A stretch of 64,000 nucleotides of DNA from Octopus vulgaris (GCA_951406725.2 OX597814.1:164300001-164364000), one strand, 5' to 3'; counted from the first letter of the stretch, positions 26,900-40,834 are shown. Made by a program: numbers and translations. The notes: generated from the sequence alone by a model not told the origin.

Positions 26900-27086
26900 A
26901 ATCTGACTTCCTCCGTTTCCCTTCCTTAGATCTTTCCTTTTCCTATGTTTCTGACGAAGAGCTCCGCTCGAAACGTTAAATCCTCCTTCTTTCTTTCCTT
27001 TCCTGAGCGTCCAATAACACTATACTTGTTCCACGTCCTTGCGTTGTTGTGTTGTCTCTTTGTGTATTCATGTTTGGATTAACTAT
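26900..27086 (+). mobile_element. Family P1 element with a minimal hammerhead-like motif at 26947-26981
   Basis: gttt-CUGACGA-a-gagc(tcc)gctc-GAAA-cg-UU-aaat; ends tttggattaac|tata. Confidence 0.72.
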
Positions 27087-28002
27087 ACACACACACACAC
27101 ACACACACACATCGCTAGCTTTTTTCCGTTTCCTATCTTCCCATCTCTCAATCTTTGTGTGTATATGTCTGAGTTTGTGTGTGTGTGTGTGTGGGGGGGG
27201 GGGCATGTGCGTGTGCATGATTGTGCGTCTGCATGTATGCGTGCATATGTGCACGTACACATATATATGTGTGTAAAAATGTTAATTTGAAGACATTTTC
27301 CCCCTGGTAAACTGGAAACAAAAGCTAAGCTGTGCATGTTAGTGACTCTCAAGGACAAGGTGAGATAATTTCACGAAATTAAGTATAAATTTCTCATCTT
27401 CATTTACATGTCAGGGAAAGGACACAGATTTTTGTTGCAGTTAGGGGTCAACTATGTACGCATGTTTCAGCATTTTGATCTTATCACTTTGTCTGCAGAT
27501 TAAAATTTAAATCTTTTACATACAGTAAAAGATTTTAGATACACTTTTGGTGAGGGCAATAATTACATGTAAAAGAACTCAAGTAAAAAGGTTAAAAAAG
27601 TGGAAAAAACTTAAGGTGGGGCACCAGCATTGTATAACACTGACGAGATCTAACAGATCAAAACGTACATATTTGTCTACTTTTTCCCTTAAGTATGTTT
27701 CTTAACGTTATCAGTGAAGTGAGTTTGCTTCAATTATGTTTGCTGATAACTTAAGAAAAGGCATGAACTTCTCAGTTCTCATTTCTCAATAAATTTTTTA
27801 TCTTTCAAAACATTGAGTATTATTCTTTACCCATATTTAGGTATGGGTAACAGTTATAGAGCGAGTCCTCAGCGAACAGAGTTGCCGACTTAGCTTCAAT
27901 TTCGGCTAAAAATTATTTCTCTTCACTCATGTCACTGATATCACTTCGTAAGTCATGAATATTCGGTTTGTAACTTTTAGTTCTATCAGTTCAAGCCAAC
28001 TA

Positions 28003-28403
28003 GGCGATCTTTCGTCTCTAGTAGACCTTTCCGTCGATTTCCGTAAAAAAATCTTTTTTTTACATATGGGCTTGCGGGAACTTTTGAAGTAATGAGAGCG
28101 AAAGAGACTAAGAGAAAGCGATTGTATGACGAGGGAAGTTCTTTTGAAGTTACCGTGCATGGGAGCATTGATGTATATGTGTGTGTGTGTGTTTGATGGG
28201 GTGTGGGAGACAGACAGTATGTTGTGTAAGTGAAGTGCTTCTGTTAGTGTGTGTGAAGAGACAGAGTAATGTGTGAAAGAAAGAGATAACTGAAATTTTT
28301 TACTTGGCGTATGTGTATATGTATGTATATTAGTTCAAAAGTAAAAAAAAAAAAAATTTTTACGGAAATCGACGGAAAGGTCTACTAGAGACGAAAGATC
28401 GCC
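28003..28403. mobile_element. MITE with about 48-bp TIRs and 8-bp TSD, Merlin-like
   Basis: TIR ggcgatctttcgtctctagtagacctttccgtcgatttccgtaaaaa at both ends; TSD gccaacta at 27995-28002 and 28404-28411; GG termini. Confidence 0.88.
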
Positions 28404-28983
28404 GCCAACTAAGTTCTGTTTTAAGTAGTTCTTCAGAAATCGTGATACAACAATACATTCAGTGTTAAGTTATGACCACCGTAAGTGACAATCGTTAAGG
28501 AGTGGTCCAAATCCGAAAAAAATTTTTCTGCAATGGAGAACAGATAAGTCATCCTTCAGGAAAGGAACCATCACTGATACTGGTGTGATTTTAATTTATT
28601 TCTTTATAGAATTTCTACTCAAATTTGATTTGCTATAAGTTTGATGGCAAAAATAATGTGCTAATGAGTTCCGTTAAAGTGTATATGACCGCTGTATGAT
28701 GTATAACTGAGAGTGTGTTTGATATGTACGTGATCAATTACACATCATAATATGATAATAAAATAGACAATAAATAACTTTGAGGCATTACTTCAATCTT
28801 TTACTCATAACCCTTTACATACCAGAGCTGTCTGTGGATGTGGATATTAGTAACTTTTTGCAGCCATTGGTAAAAAAAAAAGGAAGCCAAAAAGATAATA
28901 GTTGTGATTACTTTAACAAATCAAGAAAATTCACGAAACCGTTTTCAAAGTTTGGCTGGAAGTTTTGATCTTTATGATTTTAA

Positions 28984-29213
28984 GGCGGCGAGCTGGCAGA
29001 AACGTTAGCACGCCGAGCGAAATGCGTAGCCGTATCTCGTCTGCCGTTACGTTCTGAGTTCAAGTTCCGCCGAGGTCGACTTTGGCTTTCATCCTTTCGG
29101 GATCGATAAATTAAGTTCCAGTTACGTACTGGGGTCGATGTAATCGACTTAATCCGTTTGTCTGTCCTTGTTTGTCCCCTCTATGTTTAGCTCCTTGCGG
29201 GTAGTAAAGAAAT
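28984..29213 (+). mobile_element. SINE family B, full length
   Basis: ggcggcgagctggcagaaacgttagcacgcc head, gttcaa.ttcc B-box-like, conserved tttcatcctttcggg.tcgataaa core, tail taaagaaata. Confidence 0.88.
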
Positions 29214-30269
29214 ATATTTATGACGTTATGTTGCTGGATGGTCATGTCATCAGTTGAATCCATGTGTTGTCAGGTCTTTCATTCCTTAACCCGAAACGAA
29301 ATATTTGACGATAAACCTGGTCATTAGTATTAAACGAGTTTAACTAAAAGTTTTAGGGAAAAAATTATGCTTGCAATGTTGTTTGATAAGCCTTTTGCTG
29401 GTCATTCAGTTACTTGATAATTAATAATCCGTCTGCACCGACGATTTTTTATCTTTCAAAACATAGAGTATTGTTCTTTACCCATATTTAGGTGTGAGTA
29501 ACAGTTATAGAGTGAGTTCTCAGCGAACAGAGTGGCCGACTCACCTTCAATTTCAGCTTTAAATTATTATTCGAACTAATTATTCGACAAAAGCAATAAC
29601 ATCGTATTACTTTACGAATGTTGTATAAAATAAGGGACTGACAATAAAATTTCAATTAATATCATCGGATGCTAAGCATTAAACTTTTCAATTATACCTG
29701 AGTAGATGTAGATTTATAACCTTGGAAAAGTATTGAGCTAGATGGAAAATGGTACGGTCGAATAAATCGCCACAGTTCTTTGCTGGCAATTATTTAATTA
29801 ACCTCAGAAGGATAAAAACAAAGTTGACATTTAATTCAGTATGTAAAGAATTTTCTACCTTGTCCAGTACCACTATTATACTGGAGTTAATGCTTCTATT
29901 TTTCTTTGTATATCAGTTTTCAATACATACATACATACATACATACATACATACATACATACATACATACATACATACATACATACATACATACATACAT
30001 ACATTCATACATACGCACGCACACACACACGTTGCCCGGGAATGTAACTGTTCCTTATATATTGGAAGAAAAAAGCAAAATATGTTGTATAGAAATGTGT
30101 TATTCTAAATTTAATTTATTCTTCAATTGGGAAATCAATTCTGAATTCATAATACAAAAAAAAAAAAATAGTAATAATAAAAAGCAAAAATACAAAATTT
30201 ACCACTTTTATGAAGGGAGATAAATTCTACCACATATGTTGAAGGAAATTACATAATCGCTTCTGGGTA

Positions 30270-33015
30270 AACAAGATTCTTTGTTTTCTGGTTTGGAGCA
30301 TAGACAAATAAGTCTTACAAACTACCAACCCTGGAGCAACCAACATAACGTTGACCATGAGAAAAGCAAGGCTCAATTAGATGCAAGCCAGTGGATTTCA
30401 AAGTCTGACCTTAAGTTTTATTAATTGACATTGCGAAGCAAAGCCGCACTGGGGATTGCGTTTGTTTGAACTCAAATGGCATGTCTGCTGGTTTGATTGG
30501 AATTCTTGGAATGAAAATCTCTTTCCCAGAGGCATATCCAGTGATGATGGTAGCTTCTATCACATTAGGTGATAATGTTTTTACAATCAACCTTGTTCCA
30601 TTGCATAACTTAGGAGGATCTAAATTTCTTAGAAGCATTATTAGGACTCCTATCTTCAGAAAAAAGTTCTTGAAGAATTTTAGGTTCAAGTTCATTAAAA
30701 AATGCAGCCAAGTTTGTGGTGTCATACTTTGTCTTTCTTGCTATGTTAAATAACTAATTTGAGCGTTTATTTTTGGCAGTCCAGAGCAAGACTCTTGCAA
30801 ACTTTTGCCTCCCATGGCCAAAGCTTGATCTTCAATTTCAATCTCTGCTTGGTTAAAAATGGCTTCAGTGAACTGAATAGTGATATCTGGGTTTACCTAT
30901 TGTACTACGCACTTTAAGTTCTCAGCCATGTCCCCACGATGTTTCATTCAAAGCTGTAGAGGACTGCCAAGTTAACACATGTTCAGTATAATTGCAAAAC
31001 AATTATGGAGTTTCCTCGGAGAATCTAAAATTGATGCTTCAGTCAATGCAAGGTCCTAATGCTCATCATTTTCTAAAAAAACCTAGTTGATAGCATGCTT
31101 CTTTATACGTTTCACACATATGACCATTTACCCTCCTCGAATCTTGGAATGATTTGGGACTACGTACTTCCTGCAAAAGGAGCTGTAAGTAGTAGCATTC
31201 TGCTTGGCTTGGAGGAACACTGCAAACTCTTACACGAGCGTCGGCCCCGTGTTTCCTCTTGCGTCATTTATTGTTTCTCCAGGTGTAATACTTAAGTAAT
31301 TGTGGGTAAAAGCGTTTTCTTGCATCTTCATCTACTTGACACGACTTAAAAAAGACAGTAAGCGTAGTATATTTTGGAAAAAGCGCTTGTTGCAAGGCTG
31401 TTTTTTTTTGTAACGATAATCCTGTGACCATTATCAAGGTGGACACTCAGATGGATGATAGCTAGGTGTCTCTCATGAATGGGAAAATTGAAGATGCGCT
31501 AAAAAGCCTCATTGGTAATAATGCATCTTCCTGTGTCATACTGTGCATCCTAGTCATTTCTATTTATCTGCTGACTGCCGTTCTGCATAAGAGTGTATGC
31601 TGCAGTATCTAAACCTCTGTTTATATATTTACAAACATACTTAATATATTTGCAAACATACTTAATAACAGAGTTGCAGAATTCAACATTGTCTCTGGCT
31701 ACTTGTGCTCATCTGTGCTTCACTGTAGAATAATGATCATCTTCATCTACCCCGACTCCCCTTGTAGAGAGTGCGAACATTGTTCTCGGAAAATTTCTTT
31801 GAAAATTAAAATGGGGATTAAATAAAAAAAAATGAGTTACGTGAAAATCTTCACAAGAGTGATTGAAATAAATGGCGATTGTGGAACGCCCCACGCATGC
31901 GCGCACACACATACACACACACGTACACACACGCAAACACACATATACATACAGTATCAAACATCAGATGAAATTGAAATGGACGTGTGAGAGAGATAGA
32001 GAGAAGGTGTGTTGTCATGCATATGTACATACATAAATAAATATGCATACATCTTTTTGTATGTATGTGAGCGTGTGTGTATGTGTATGAGAGAGATATA
32101 GATAAAGAGATAGAGATAGAGATAAAGAGAGAGAGAGAGGGAATTCCACTTAGACATCTCTCTCTCTCTCTTTATGTCCCACACACGCACACATACATAC
32201 AAAAAAGATGTATGCACATGTATTTATGTATGTACGTATACATGACAATAGACCCTTCACTCACTCTCTCTGTCTCTGTCTCCCACACATATATGTATAC
32301 AAACGTACATACAAAAACACGCGTGTGCATGTGTGACTGACTACAAATACATAGAGCTGAACACAGCGCGCAAAAGGTAGATAAATAAAAAAATTACGGA
32401 AATTGACGAAGTGTGCATGTTCAAGGAAAAGAATGCCCATATTTTTTTGGACACCCCATGTTGAATTGCAAAATTCTAACGTGATATTTGTGTGATAACG
32501 AAATCAAACCTGGAGTGTATGTGTGCTTATATTAGAGAAACAATGTGTGTGTAAGTGTATATCTGTGTGTGAGAGTAAGAGAGATAGAGTGAGAGAGAGA
32601 GAGAACATTACAAACAATGAATGAAATAAACCTGAAATGAAAAAAATCGTATAAATAAAAGTTCGTTAAAAACTATCTTGTCCAAAATATTTAAATTTGT
32701 GAACTTAACAAATATTTCTGTCAGTAATTTATCGTAGTTGTTTGCAAATAGAAAATTAAAACTTGAAATGAAAACGTTAAAACAGAGTGAGAGGTTTTGC
32801 AAATGAAAGCAGAAAATTTCGCTGTTGCTACGTCCATACCAGAATTTGACATTGAGTCATATATAGAAAACAATATAATTTATTTTTAGTAAAAAAATAA
32901 ACTGAAAACCCTCTTATGTATCCGAGGTCAAATTATTCATGTATGGAACCACTTCAAGCAGCCGTTTTCGCGTGTAAAGCGAACACACACACACACATAC
33001 ACACACACTCGCACG

Positions 33016-33049
<34 letters not shown>

Positions 33050-33082
33050 AACACACGCACTGGTCTATTTTATATAAGAAGA
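30270..33082 (-). mobile_element. Decayed autonomous Helitron (Rep and Pif1-like helicase remnants)
   Basis: IMLLRNLDPPKLCNGTRL, FIPRI, PVRLCFAMSINK..GQT, CFSHGQ.YVGCSRV (30310-30665); NVEFCNSV.KYVCKYI Rep-region remnant near 31620-31690; 5' terminus A|TCTTCTTATATAAAA at 33082. Confidence 0.85.
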
Positions 33083-33110
33083 TATCTATCTATCAGACAG
33101 ATAGATAGAC

Positions 33111-33143
<33 letters not shown>

Positions 33144-33190
33144 TCTTCTTACAGAAAATAGACCTGTGTGTGTGTATTCGCTTTTCACGA

Positions 33191-33224
<34 letters not shown>

Positions 33225-33227
33225 ATA

Positions 33228-33311
<84 letters not shown>

Positions 33312-33639
33312 ATAGATTCAGGCTTCAAATTCGAGTATCTAAATGAAATGAAATTGTTTCATTGTGCGGACCTCCAAAAATTAATTTCATTAAATTTGAT
33401 TAACATGTGATTATCCAATTTCAATAACGAGGAAACGTTTGTTGGGAAACTTGGTGCTTTGCTTGCAAGATAGCGTCGTAATTATGGAAATATTTTGAAG
33501 ACCAATTATGATATGAATATTCCAATGTTTATTTGTGCACTTCAATGCGTACCTATATAATTTCTGTGATTGCAGTGTGCAAAACATGAGTTAGTCATTG
33601 AAAAACACACAAAAGCCTTCAACTTCACTTAAACATTTA

Positions 33640-34230
33640 TCTACATATATAAAACTCAGTGTGTGTGTGTGTGTGTGTAAACCCGCATAACTTCTGAAGT
33701 TCGCAACTGATTTTCTTCAAAGTGGGAACAAACATTTCTTATGTTCCAGAGTTGGTTTTAGACTCTTAAAAATTTTCACATAATGAGTAATGGGGCCTCT
33801 GGGCTCAGAAAACTCCCTTTCCCTGGGGTAAGTACAATTAGTGTGGAGAAGGTATGTAACTCTTTGCGAAGTAACTTTTCTTAAAATTTGCTAAGATATT
33901 GATATTATTTACCTTTCTTTATTGATATTTCATTATTAACGTACAATTGTCATTTTAGTTTATTACGCTATATTTCTTGAGATAATGTCTCCAAAGAAGA
34001 GATTCTTCATTAGTCGAAAAACGGTGGTAGCAGAGAAATTGAAAAGAAGGAAAGAAACTGAATCGTCACATGAGACTTCAATTAGACAATCACAAACTGC
34101 TACATGTACAGCTACTGCAAGAGCAATGGAAAACGATGAGCAGCGTAGTGTTTGCCTAGCCAAGAATGCTACATTTAACAGCTTCAGCCAATCCCCCACC
34201 ACTTACCATGTCATTTCTTTCATGTAGATT
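33640..34230 (+). mobile_element. Helitron 5' portion with RepHel N-terminal remnant
   Basis: A|TCTACATATATAAAA start followed by (TG)n; ORF MSPKKR...ETESSHETSIRQ...RAMENDEQRSVCL is typical of Helitron N-termini. Confidence 0.55.
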
Positions 34231-34469
34231 TCTCTCATGTGGTGCTGCTGAGCGCACCCACAGGCTTAATTTATTACATAGATGTATTTCCTACGTCTGC
34301 TGATTGTTCAGCGTGGTAGTGGCAGCGCCGACAGTTGCAAAGGAGAGTATATCCAATGAGATATTTTTGGTGCGTTCAAAAACCACATATCCCCCACCCA
34401 CTTGGATGTGTTAATTCTCTGTTTTCCTCATATATATATATATATAGCCAAAATTGTTATTTTCATTTC

Positions 34470-34830
34470 GGCTTATGGACATATCTTCATCTATGACTGT
34501 GAATGTTGGGTGATGACCGAAAGAGTACGATCACGAGTACAAGCGGCCGAAATGGGGTCCCATTGAAAGTCTCTATATTGACTTTACAATAGTATATGTA
34601 GTTTGGGGATCAGGGAGTCTCTCCAGGTTGAGCCTTTATTTCTCTGCATTCAGAAGCCATAACTTCAGCACTACGGGAGTTTTTAGAATGTTGCAGAATG
34701 TTTTTAGAATCGCAAGACGGATTCTTTAAGCCGAGTCAACTGGCAAGAGACTGAGTGATTGACCAAGAACGACATGACTGGATAATATCCAGAGTTTCAG
34801 TTGGTTGCGTTAGGGAATCCAGTCAATAAC
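34470..34830 (+). mobile_element. Decayed RTE-clade LINE 3' fragment
   Basis: IYDCECWVMTERVRSRVQAAEMG motif. Confidence 0.65.
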
Positions 34831-34921
34831 TATCGGATAAGAATAATTTCCCTTTCTGCAATTGATATTTCACTTCAAATAATTACCATAAAACTAATAC
34901 TCCATATACATTATAAATACC

Positions 34922-34957
<36 letters not shown>

Positions 34958-34962
<5 letters not shown>

Positions 34963-35168
34963 ATCCAAACATGAAAGCACAAAAAAACACAACAACGCGA
35001 GGACGTGGAAAAAATATAGTATTATTGGACGCTCAGGAAAGAAGGAAAGAAGGAGGGTTTAACGTTTCGAGCGGAGCTCTTCGTCGGAAACATAGGAGAA
35101 GGAAAGAACCAAAGAAGGGAAGACAGAGGGAAAAAAATCGCCAACGGTACACATGCGGTCACATTTTG

Positions 35169-35170
<2 letters not shown>
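34958..35170 (-). mobile_element. Family P1 element in (TA)n with a mutated hammerhead-like motif (35057-35091)
   Basis: Reverse complement reads gttt-CCGACGA-a-gagctccgctc-GAAA-cg-TT-aaac; (TA)n on both sides. Confidence 0.72.
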
Positions 35171-35212
<42 letters not shown>

Positions 35213-35914
35213 TAGCTGGTGTAACCGGTAATTCCCGGAGGTAAAGATGTTCTATTGAAACGTCTTATTACTCTGATATAAGGAAGCAATTTCATTATAA
35301 CTGCCACAAAAGATGTATTTTTCGTCTCAAAAAGTACAAAAACTGTCAACTGGAGAAGGGAGAGATTGATGGAGGTTGGCGTGAAAGGTTTTCGGAGTTT
35401 GGCGAGAAAGTACTCTTACTCGTCGTGGCATTTTAAAGGTGAACTTTATGAAGGCTAATTTATTAAAGATACTATATAAATGTAGTATATATGTATATAA
35501 ATATATGAATAAAAAGTTTAATGTTTAAGAATGAAATGAAGAAAGCGTAATAATAACGTTCACACTCACTGAGGGTCGCTCTCAGTAACTGTCTCTAGCC
35601 TACAGAATTCTTGTTTTTATAACTATTGAAAAGCAGCCAGAAGGATAAACATATTGTTGAGAACAAATCATTTCGTTGGATGTCTGTTATCTCCATTCCA
35701 GCCCCTGGTCGCCTAGAAGAGGTTAGAAGGGCCAAGTGGAAAAGATATGGGAAATGTATAACTGCTGTCATTCACAGAAAAACTATTGTTTCAACTGAGA
35801 AAAGCTCTGTTGAAGTGTTAAGTGAAATTTGGCAATCGAGGATCGAATCCACGCTATACCTGCATGAAGCCACTACAAATACGTTGTGAAATAAAAAAAT
35901 TTATCTACTGTCAT

Positions 35915-36975
35915 GGAAAAAGTGTAACTGTAAAAATGCAGAATTATCGGAGTAATGGGCATTCAAAAACGTATGTATGTATAGAAATGTAGTCTATAGA
36001 ATGCAGTGTTTAAGGTTTAAGATTCAAATCAAGGAAGTGCAATAATAATGTTTAGCAGTTCAAAACTAGTAGTGAAATGCAGAATTAGGTCAGCTGATCG
36101 TGAGAATCAAATACTGATCGCTTCGCTAAAAACTGCAGGTGTTATGGGTTATTTCCCTTGGGTAGTTTAAATAAAATATTAGTAATATGTAGTAGATAGA
36201 AAGATCCATTAGAGGGGCCCTATTATCGATTTTTTTCAACAATCTAAGTATGTCCCGAGGTTTCCAGACACGAGTTCTACTCTCGTGTCAGATAAAGTAA
36301 AAGAGTGATATTGCCTGAAAAAATTAGAAATTGGACATACAAAAATCAATATTCAAAGTAATCGAACATAAACAATGAAACCTGTAAAATGTTTCTAAAT
36401 TCAATGGCTCAATTGGTTTCATGAAAATGTGGTGTGGAAGTTTGGTTTCATTTTTAAAGAATTTTAAGCATTCAAAGTATGAGTTCATTGTATTGGCATA
36501 CACTTATTAAATACATTCTGGAATAAAAAAAATTATGTAGTGTAATTGAAAAATTTTAACTGGAAAAATGCAGAATTATCAGAGTTGTGCGCATTGAAAG
36601 TGTACATGCATCAAGAAAGTGCAATAATAAAGTTGAGCAGTTGAAAACTGTGAGTAGTGAAATGCAGAATTAGGTCCGCTGATCGTGAGAATTAAATATT
36701 GATCGCTTCGCTAAAAACTAACAACTGTAAATGAAGGAGCTATAGGTTATTTCCCTTCAGTGTTTAAAAAATATATTGTGCAGGTGCTATGGGTTATTTC
36801 CCTTGTGTGTTTAAAAAATGGCTGTGTTGTAAGTAACTTGCTTACCAACCACATGGGTCCGGGTTCAGTCCCACTGCATGGCACCTTGGACAAGTGTATT
36901 CTACTATAGCCTCGGGCTGACCAAAGCCTTGTGAGTGGATATGGTAGACGGACACTGAAAGAAGCCCATCGTATG

Positions 36976-37033
<58 letters not shown>

Positions 37034-37340
37034 TGTGCGTGTGTGTCTGTGTATAAGTTTGTGTGTCTGTGTTTGTCCCCCACCATTGCTTGACAACCGA
37101 TGGTGGTGTGTTTACGTCCCCGTAACTTAGCGGTTCGGCAAAGAGACCAATAGAATAAGTAGTAGGCGGTCGATTTGTTTGATTAAAGGTGGTGCTCTAG
37201 CATAGCCACACTCAAATGACTGAAACAAGTAAAAAGAAATGAGGTTGATATAGAGATCACTTCCATGGGGCCGTATTATCAATTTTTTCAACAATCTAAG
37301 TATGTCACGATGTTTCCAGACATGAGTTCTACTCACGTGT
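35915..37340 (+). repeat. Old tandem duplication (35915-36290 vs 36555-37340), second unit interrupted by a SINE
   Basis: Shared blocks aaaaatgcagaattatc, agtagtgaaatgcagaattaggtc, ttgatcgcttcgctaaaaact-like, ttttttcaacaatctaagtatgtc. Confidence 0.75.
36820..37235 (+). mobile_element. SINE family A
   Basis: Head tggctgtgttgtaag...gggttcagtccc; tail gaaacaagtaaaa. Confidence 0.85.
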
Positions 37341-38024
37341 CTAGTTTTATCAAAATCAATAAAACGACGTAGGAGGAGTCAGCTAACAACGCCACAAACA
37401 AACATACACCGATTTTCCACATATGTAGAATATATATATATATAGTATGTATGTATGTATGTATGTATGTATGTATGTATGTATGTATGTATGTATGTAT
37501 GTATGTATGTATGAATTGAAATGTTTTGTTTCCACCGTTATTAATAAGTTAGTATTTATGTAATTCATCTTCGTTAGTTATGGTGTGGCACAAGTTTAAA
37601 AAGTTTAAAATCATATCAATTTTATTAAATTGCCAATTCGTCTGCTGCCCCACTACGAGAATCACTACCTTATGCAACTGCGTTAGTGATTAATAATAAC
37701 AGGTACAGCAATTAAAATAAGCTTAGCAATTTATCACTCCCTGTACAACATGAGTGAATTCATTTAGGATCAATTACGACTAGGTAAATAACTTGAACTG
37801 ACTTATTCTCATTAGTGGCTAATTAATTGCTGCTGCAATATGAAATAGAGACCATTGATGCCTTTTGTCGACTGAAGTATGTTTGTTTTGTCAGTAGAGA
37901 GTGTGATTGATGGAAGCGATAACTTGGTTGTTTATTTAAGAGTGAAATCACGTCACTGGTCGTTTGGTTTTATGATGTAAAGTTCTTTTTATGAGACATG
38001 CATGACAACACACAAATACGCTGT

Positions 38025-38515
38025 CATTCAGTCAGTCAGCCACTCACTCACTCACTCATTCACTCACTCACTCACTCACTCACTCACTCACTCACTCACT
38101 CACTCACTCACTCACTCACTCACTTATTTACTCACTCACCCATTCACTCACTCACTCACTCACTCACAACTTCACTCACTCACACACTCACTCACTCACT
38201 CACTTATTTACTCACTCACCCATTCACTCACTCACTCACTCATTCACTCACTCACTCATTCACTCATTCACTCACTCACTCACTCACTCACTCACTCACT
38301 CACAACTTCACTCACTCACACACTCACTCACTCACTTATTTACTCACTCACCCATTCACTCACTCACTCACTCACTCATTCACTCACTCACTCACTCACT
38401 CACTCACTCATCATTCACTCACTCACTCACTCACTCACTCACTGATGGTCGCTCTCAGTAACTGTCTCACTCACTTACTCACTCATTCACTCACTCACTC
38501 TTACACAGACACACT
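38025..38515. repeat. (CACT)n microsatellite with internal higher-order duplication
   Basis: Interruptions cttatttact-cacccatt and cacaactt recur in the same order. Confidence 0.9.
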
Positions 38516-38899
38516 CACGTGTTTTCGTTTACAAGGAAAAAAGTGAAGTATGTACTCAATCCACGATGCAGAGTTTATGTTTGTTTGGAATCAAAGAAGA
38601 ATCCGTTCATTGTTATTCAGTTTCGGGTCACCCGTGTGATATCATTTGACTGGTTGTTCGTTGGTTTTTATAGTTCTTTTTATGATGCCCGCAAGCAGGC
38701 GCACACATACACATGCACATACACACACATGCACACTCATTCACTCACTCACTCACTCACTCACTCACTCACTCACTCACTCACTCACTCACTCACTCAC
38801 TCATCCACCCACTCACACAGACACACGCACACAAACACATACACATATAAACACATTCACTCGTTCACGCACAGAAAGACGTATATTTTTTATTTAGAA

Positions 38900-40198
38900 C
38901 TAGCAGTATCGCCCGGCGTTGCTCGGGTTTGTAAGGGAAATAACTATATAAGCATTTTTAGAGAGTTATAGCCAAAAAAATAGGAAAAAAATGCATTAAA
39001 AATGGAAAAAAAATTAAGGTAAATTTCTTTTTAAATCGTTGACACATCGTAGATATTTTTAGAGAGTTACTTCCCTTATATAATAGCGAAAAAAATGCAT
39101 TAAAATGGAAAAATATGATGGTAAATTTTTTGAAATCGTAGACTCATCGTAGACGCGCGCTAATACCCAGAAGGGCTCGATATGACTCACGACTATAAGA
39201 TACCCGGTTTGGTTTTTCTTAACCCTTTCGTTACTATATTTCTGACCAAAATACACCCCTTATGTGTTTCAATTATTTTCTAACGTAATCATAAATTTAG
39301 TCTGGTTTCATTAAACAACTATAACTTTTTTATTTATCAATATATTAATGTGATTTTTGGAAGATAATTTAATGAAATGTCCTCAACCAATTCTATACTA
39401 TAATTTTTGTCACAAAGTGACTCTAATTGCAGGTAGATACAGGTAAATTCAACAAAATATAAAATTATTAAAATTTTGTTCAAACATCGCTATAGAAAAT
39501 GGGTTATTAGCTAATATTCAATTGGGTATACAACAAAATTTTACGATAGAATTTGTTATTCTGGGTAACTTTCTGATACCCATAATAATATTTATGGCAA
39601 AATAGGCCTTAATTTCATTTAAGGTTGTGGGAAATAACAAACTATCCTTTCTTTCGTTTTGTTTACGTTTAGCGTAACGTTTCATTTCTGCCGTAATGAT
39701 TTCAAATGGGCTCATTCGAAAAAGTAAATAGAAATAGTCTAAGGCTTTACTCTCCTGGGAAAGTCTGTGGCTTGGTGCAGTTTCTTCAGAAAAATCACCG
39801 AAAGAAACAGTTTTTAAATTTTCACTCCATTCAGGTACCAATTCATTTTCTTAATCGCTGTCGGATTCACTGTTTTCACTTTAATAGCTGCCAACTTGCA
39901 AAGACAAAGGAGGAGAAGGGTGATAGCGTCAGTGAAACAGTTCGTTCCCTTTGTGCGTGTGTGCGTTTGCGTGTGGTGTAAACCACATTAAGAAGAGCAT
40001 TTGACATACACACCAGAATGTGAGTTTTCTGTAAATTTTGCTTAATTGGAGTTTAAATTTTAAAAACTGGACCTGGCATGACCCGATGCATTCTACTCTT
40101 AAAAATGCTAGGTAAATTGTAATTGAAGAAATCCTATATTGTAGATTTCTATAACTTACAAAGGGAGGCAGATAAAATCTGCCTTTTATAATAAGAGA
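38900..40198 (-). mobile_element. Non-autonomous Helitron carrying a piggyBac fragment
   Basis: 3' hairpin + CTAG|T at 38900; 5' A|TCTCTTATTATAAAAGG at 40198; 38900-39210 nearly identical to 25484-25795. Confidence 0.75.
39219..39860 (-). mobile_element. piggyBac remnant (one terminus plus N-terminal part of the transposase domain)
   Basis: TTAA|CCCTTTCG terminus at 39219; ALDYFYLLF...EMKRYA...TTLNEIKAYFAINIIMGIRKLP. Confidence 0.8.
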
Positions 40199-40834
40199 TA
40201 ACAAAAAAAGTGTATTCGATTTATGATGCAGAGTTTATATTTGTTAGGAATCAATTGATGATTCCTTTATTACTCTTCAGAGTTTCGAGCCATGTGTGTT
40301 CACTAAGGCAAGAATGAAACGAACTGGACGGAAAACCTGTATTGGGAAACACCGGTTAAACCAATTCTCATTCACCAATAAATCAAACTGAAAGACAATA
40401 ATTTGTGTTGTTTTTAATTGTCGATATCTATATATATAATGATGAGTTTGTTCGTGTGTGTGTGTATGTATGTATGTGCATATGTATGTGTGTGTGTGGG
40501 CGTATGTTCCTTATGCATTCAAAAACTGAGTTGCCAATTTTGACGCGTGGGGTATGAAAAGATTCAGTAATCTTTCGGTTACCAAATAAACTTTATTTTC
40601 ATTTACATATTTTCTACGTTATCTCAACAACCAGTTTTAGTTATTTGGAAGACAATGCTCTACAACGACCAGGCTTCATTAGAGAGTGAAAATAGTTTTA
40701 CACTTTCAATTTGAACCAGAATTACAAAGTGTTGCATTACGAGAGTGACGATGTGTGAATAAAGAAAGTAATGTTTCTCCTAATTAGTCACATCTGTACT
40801 ATAATAAAGAAAGCTGCTTCCTATTTATCTATAT

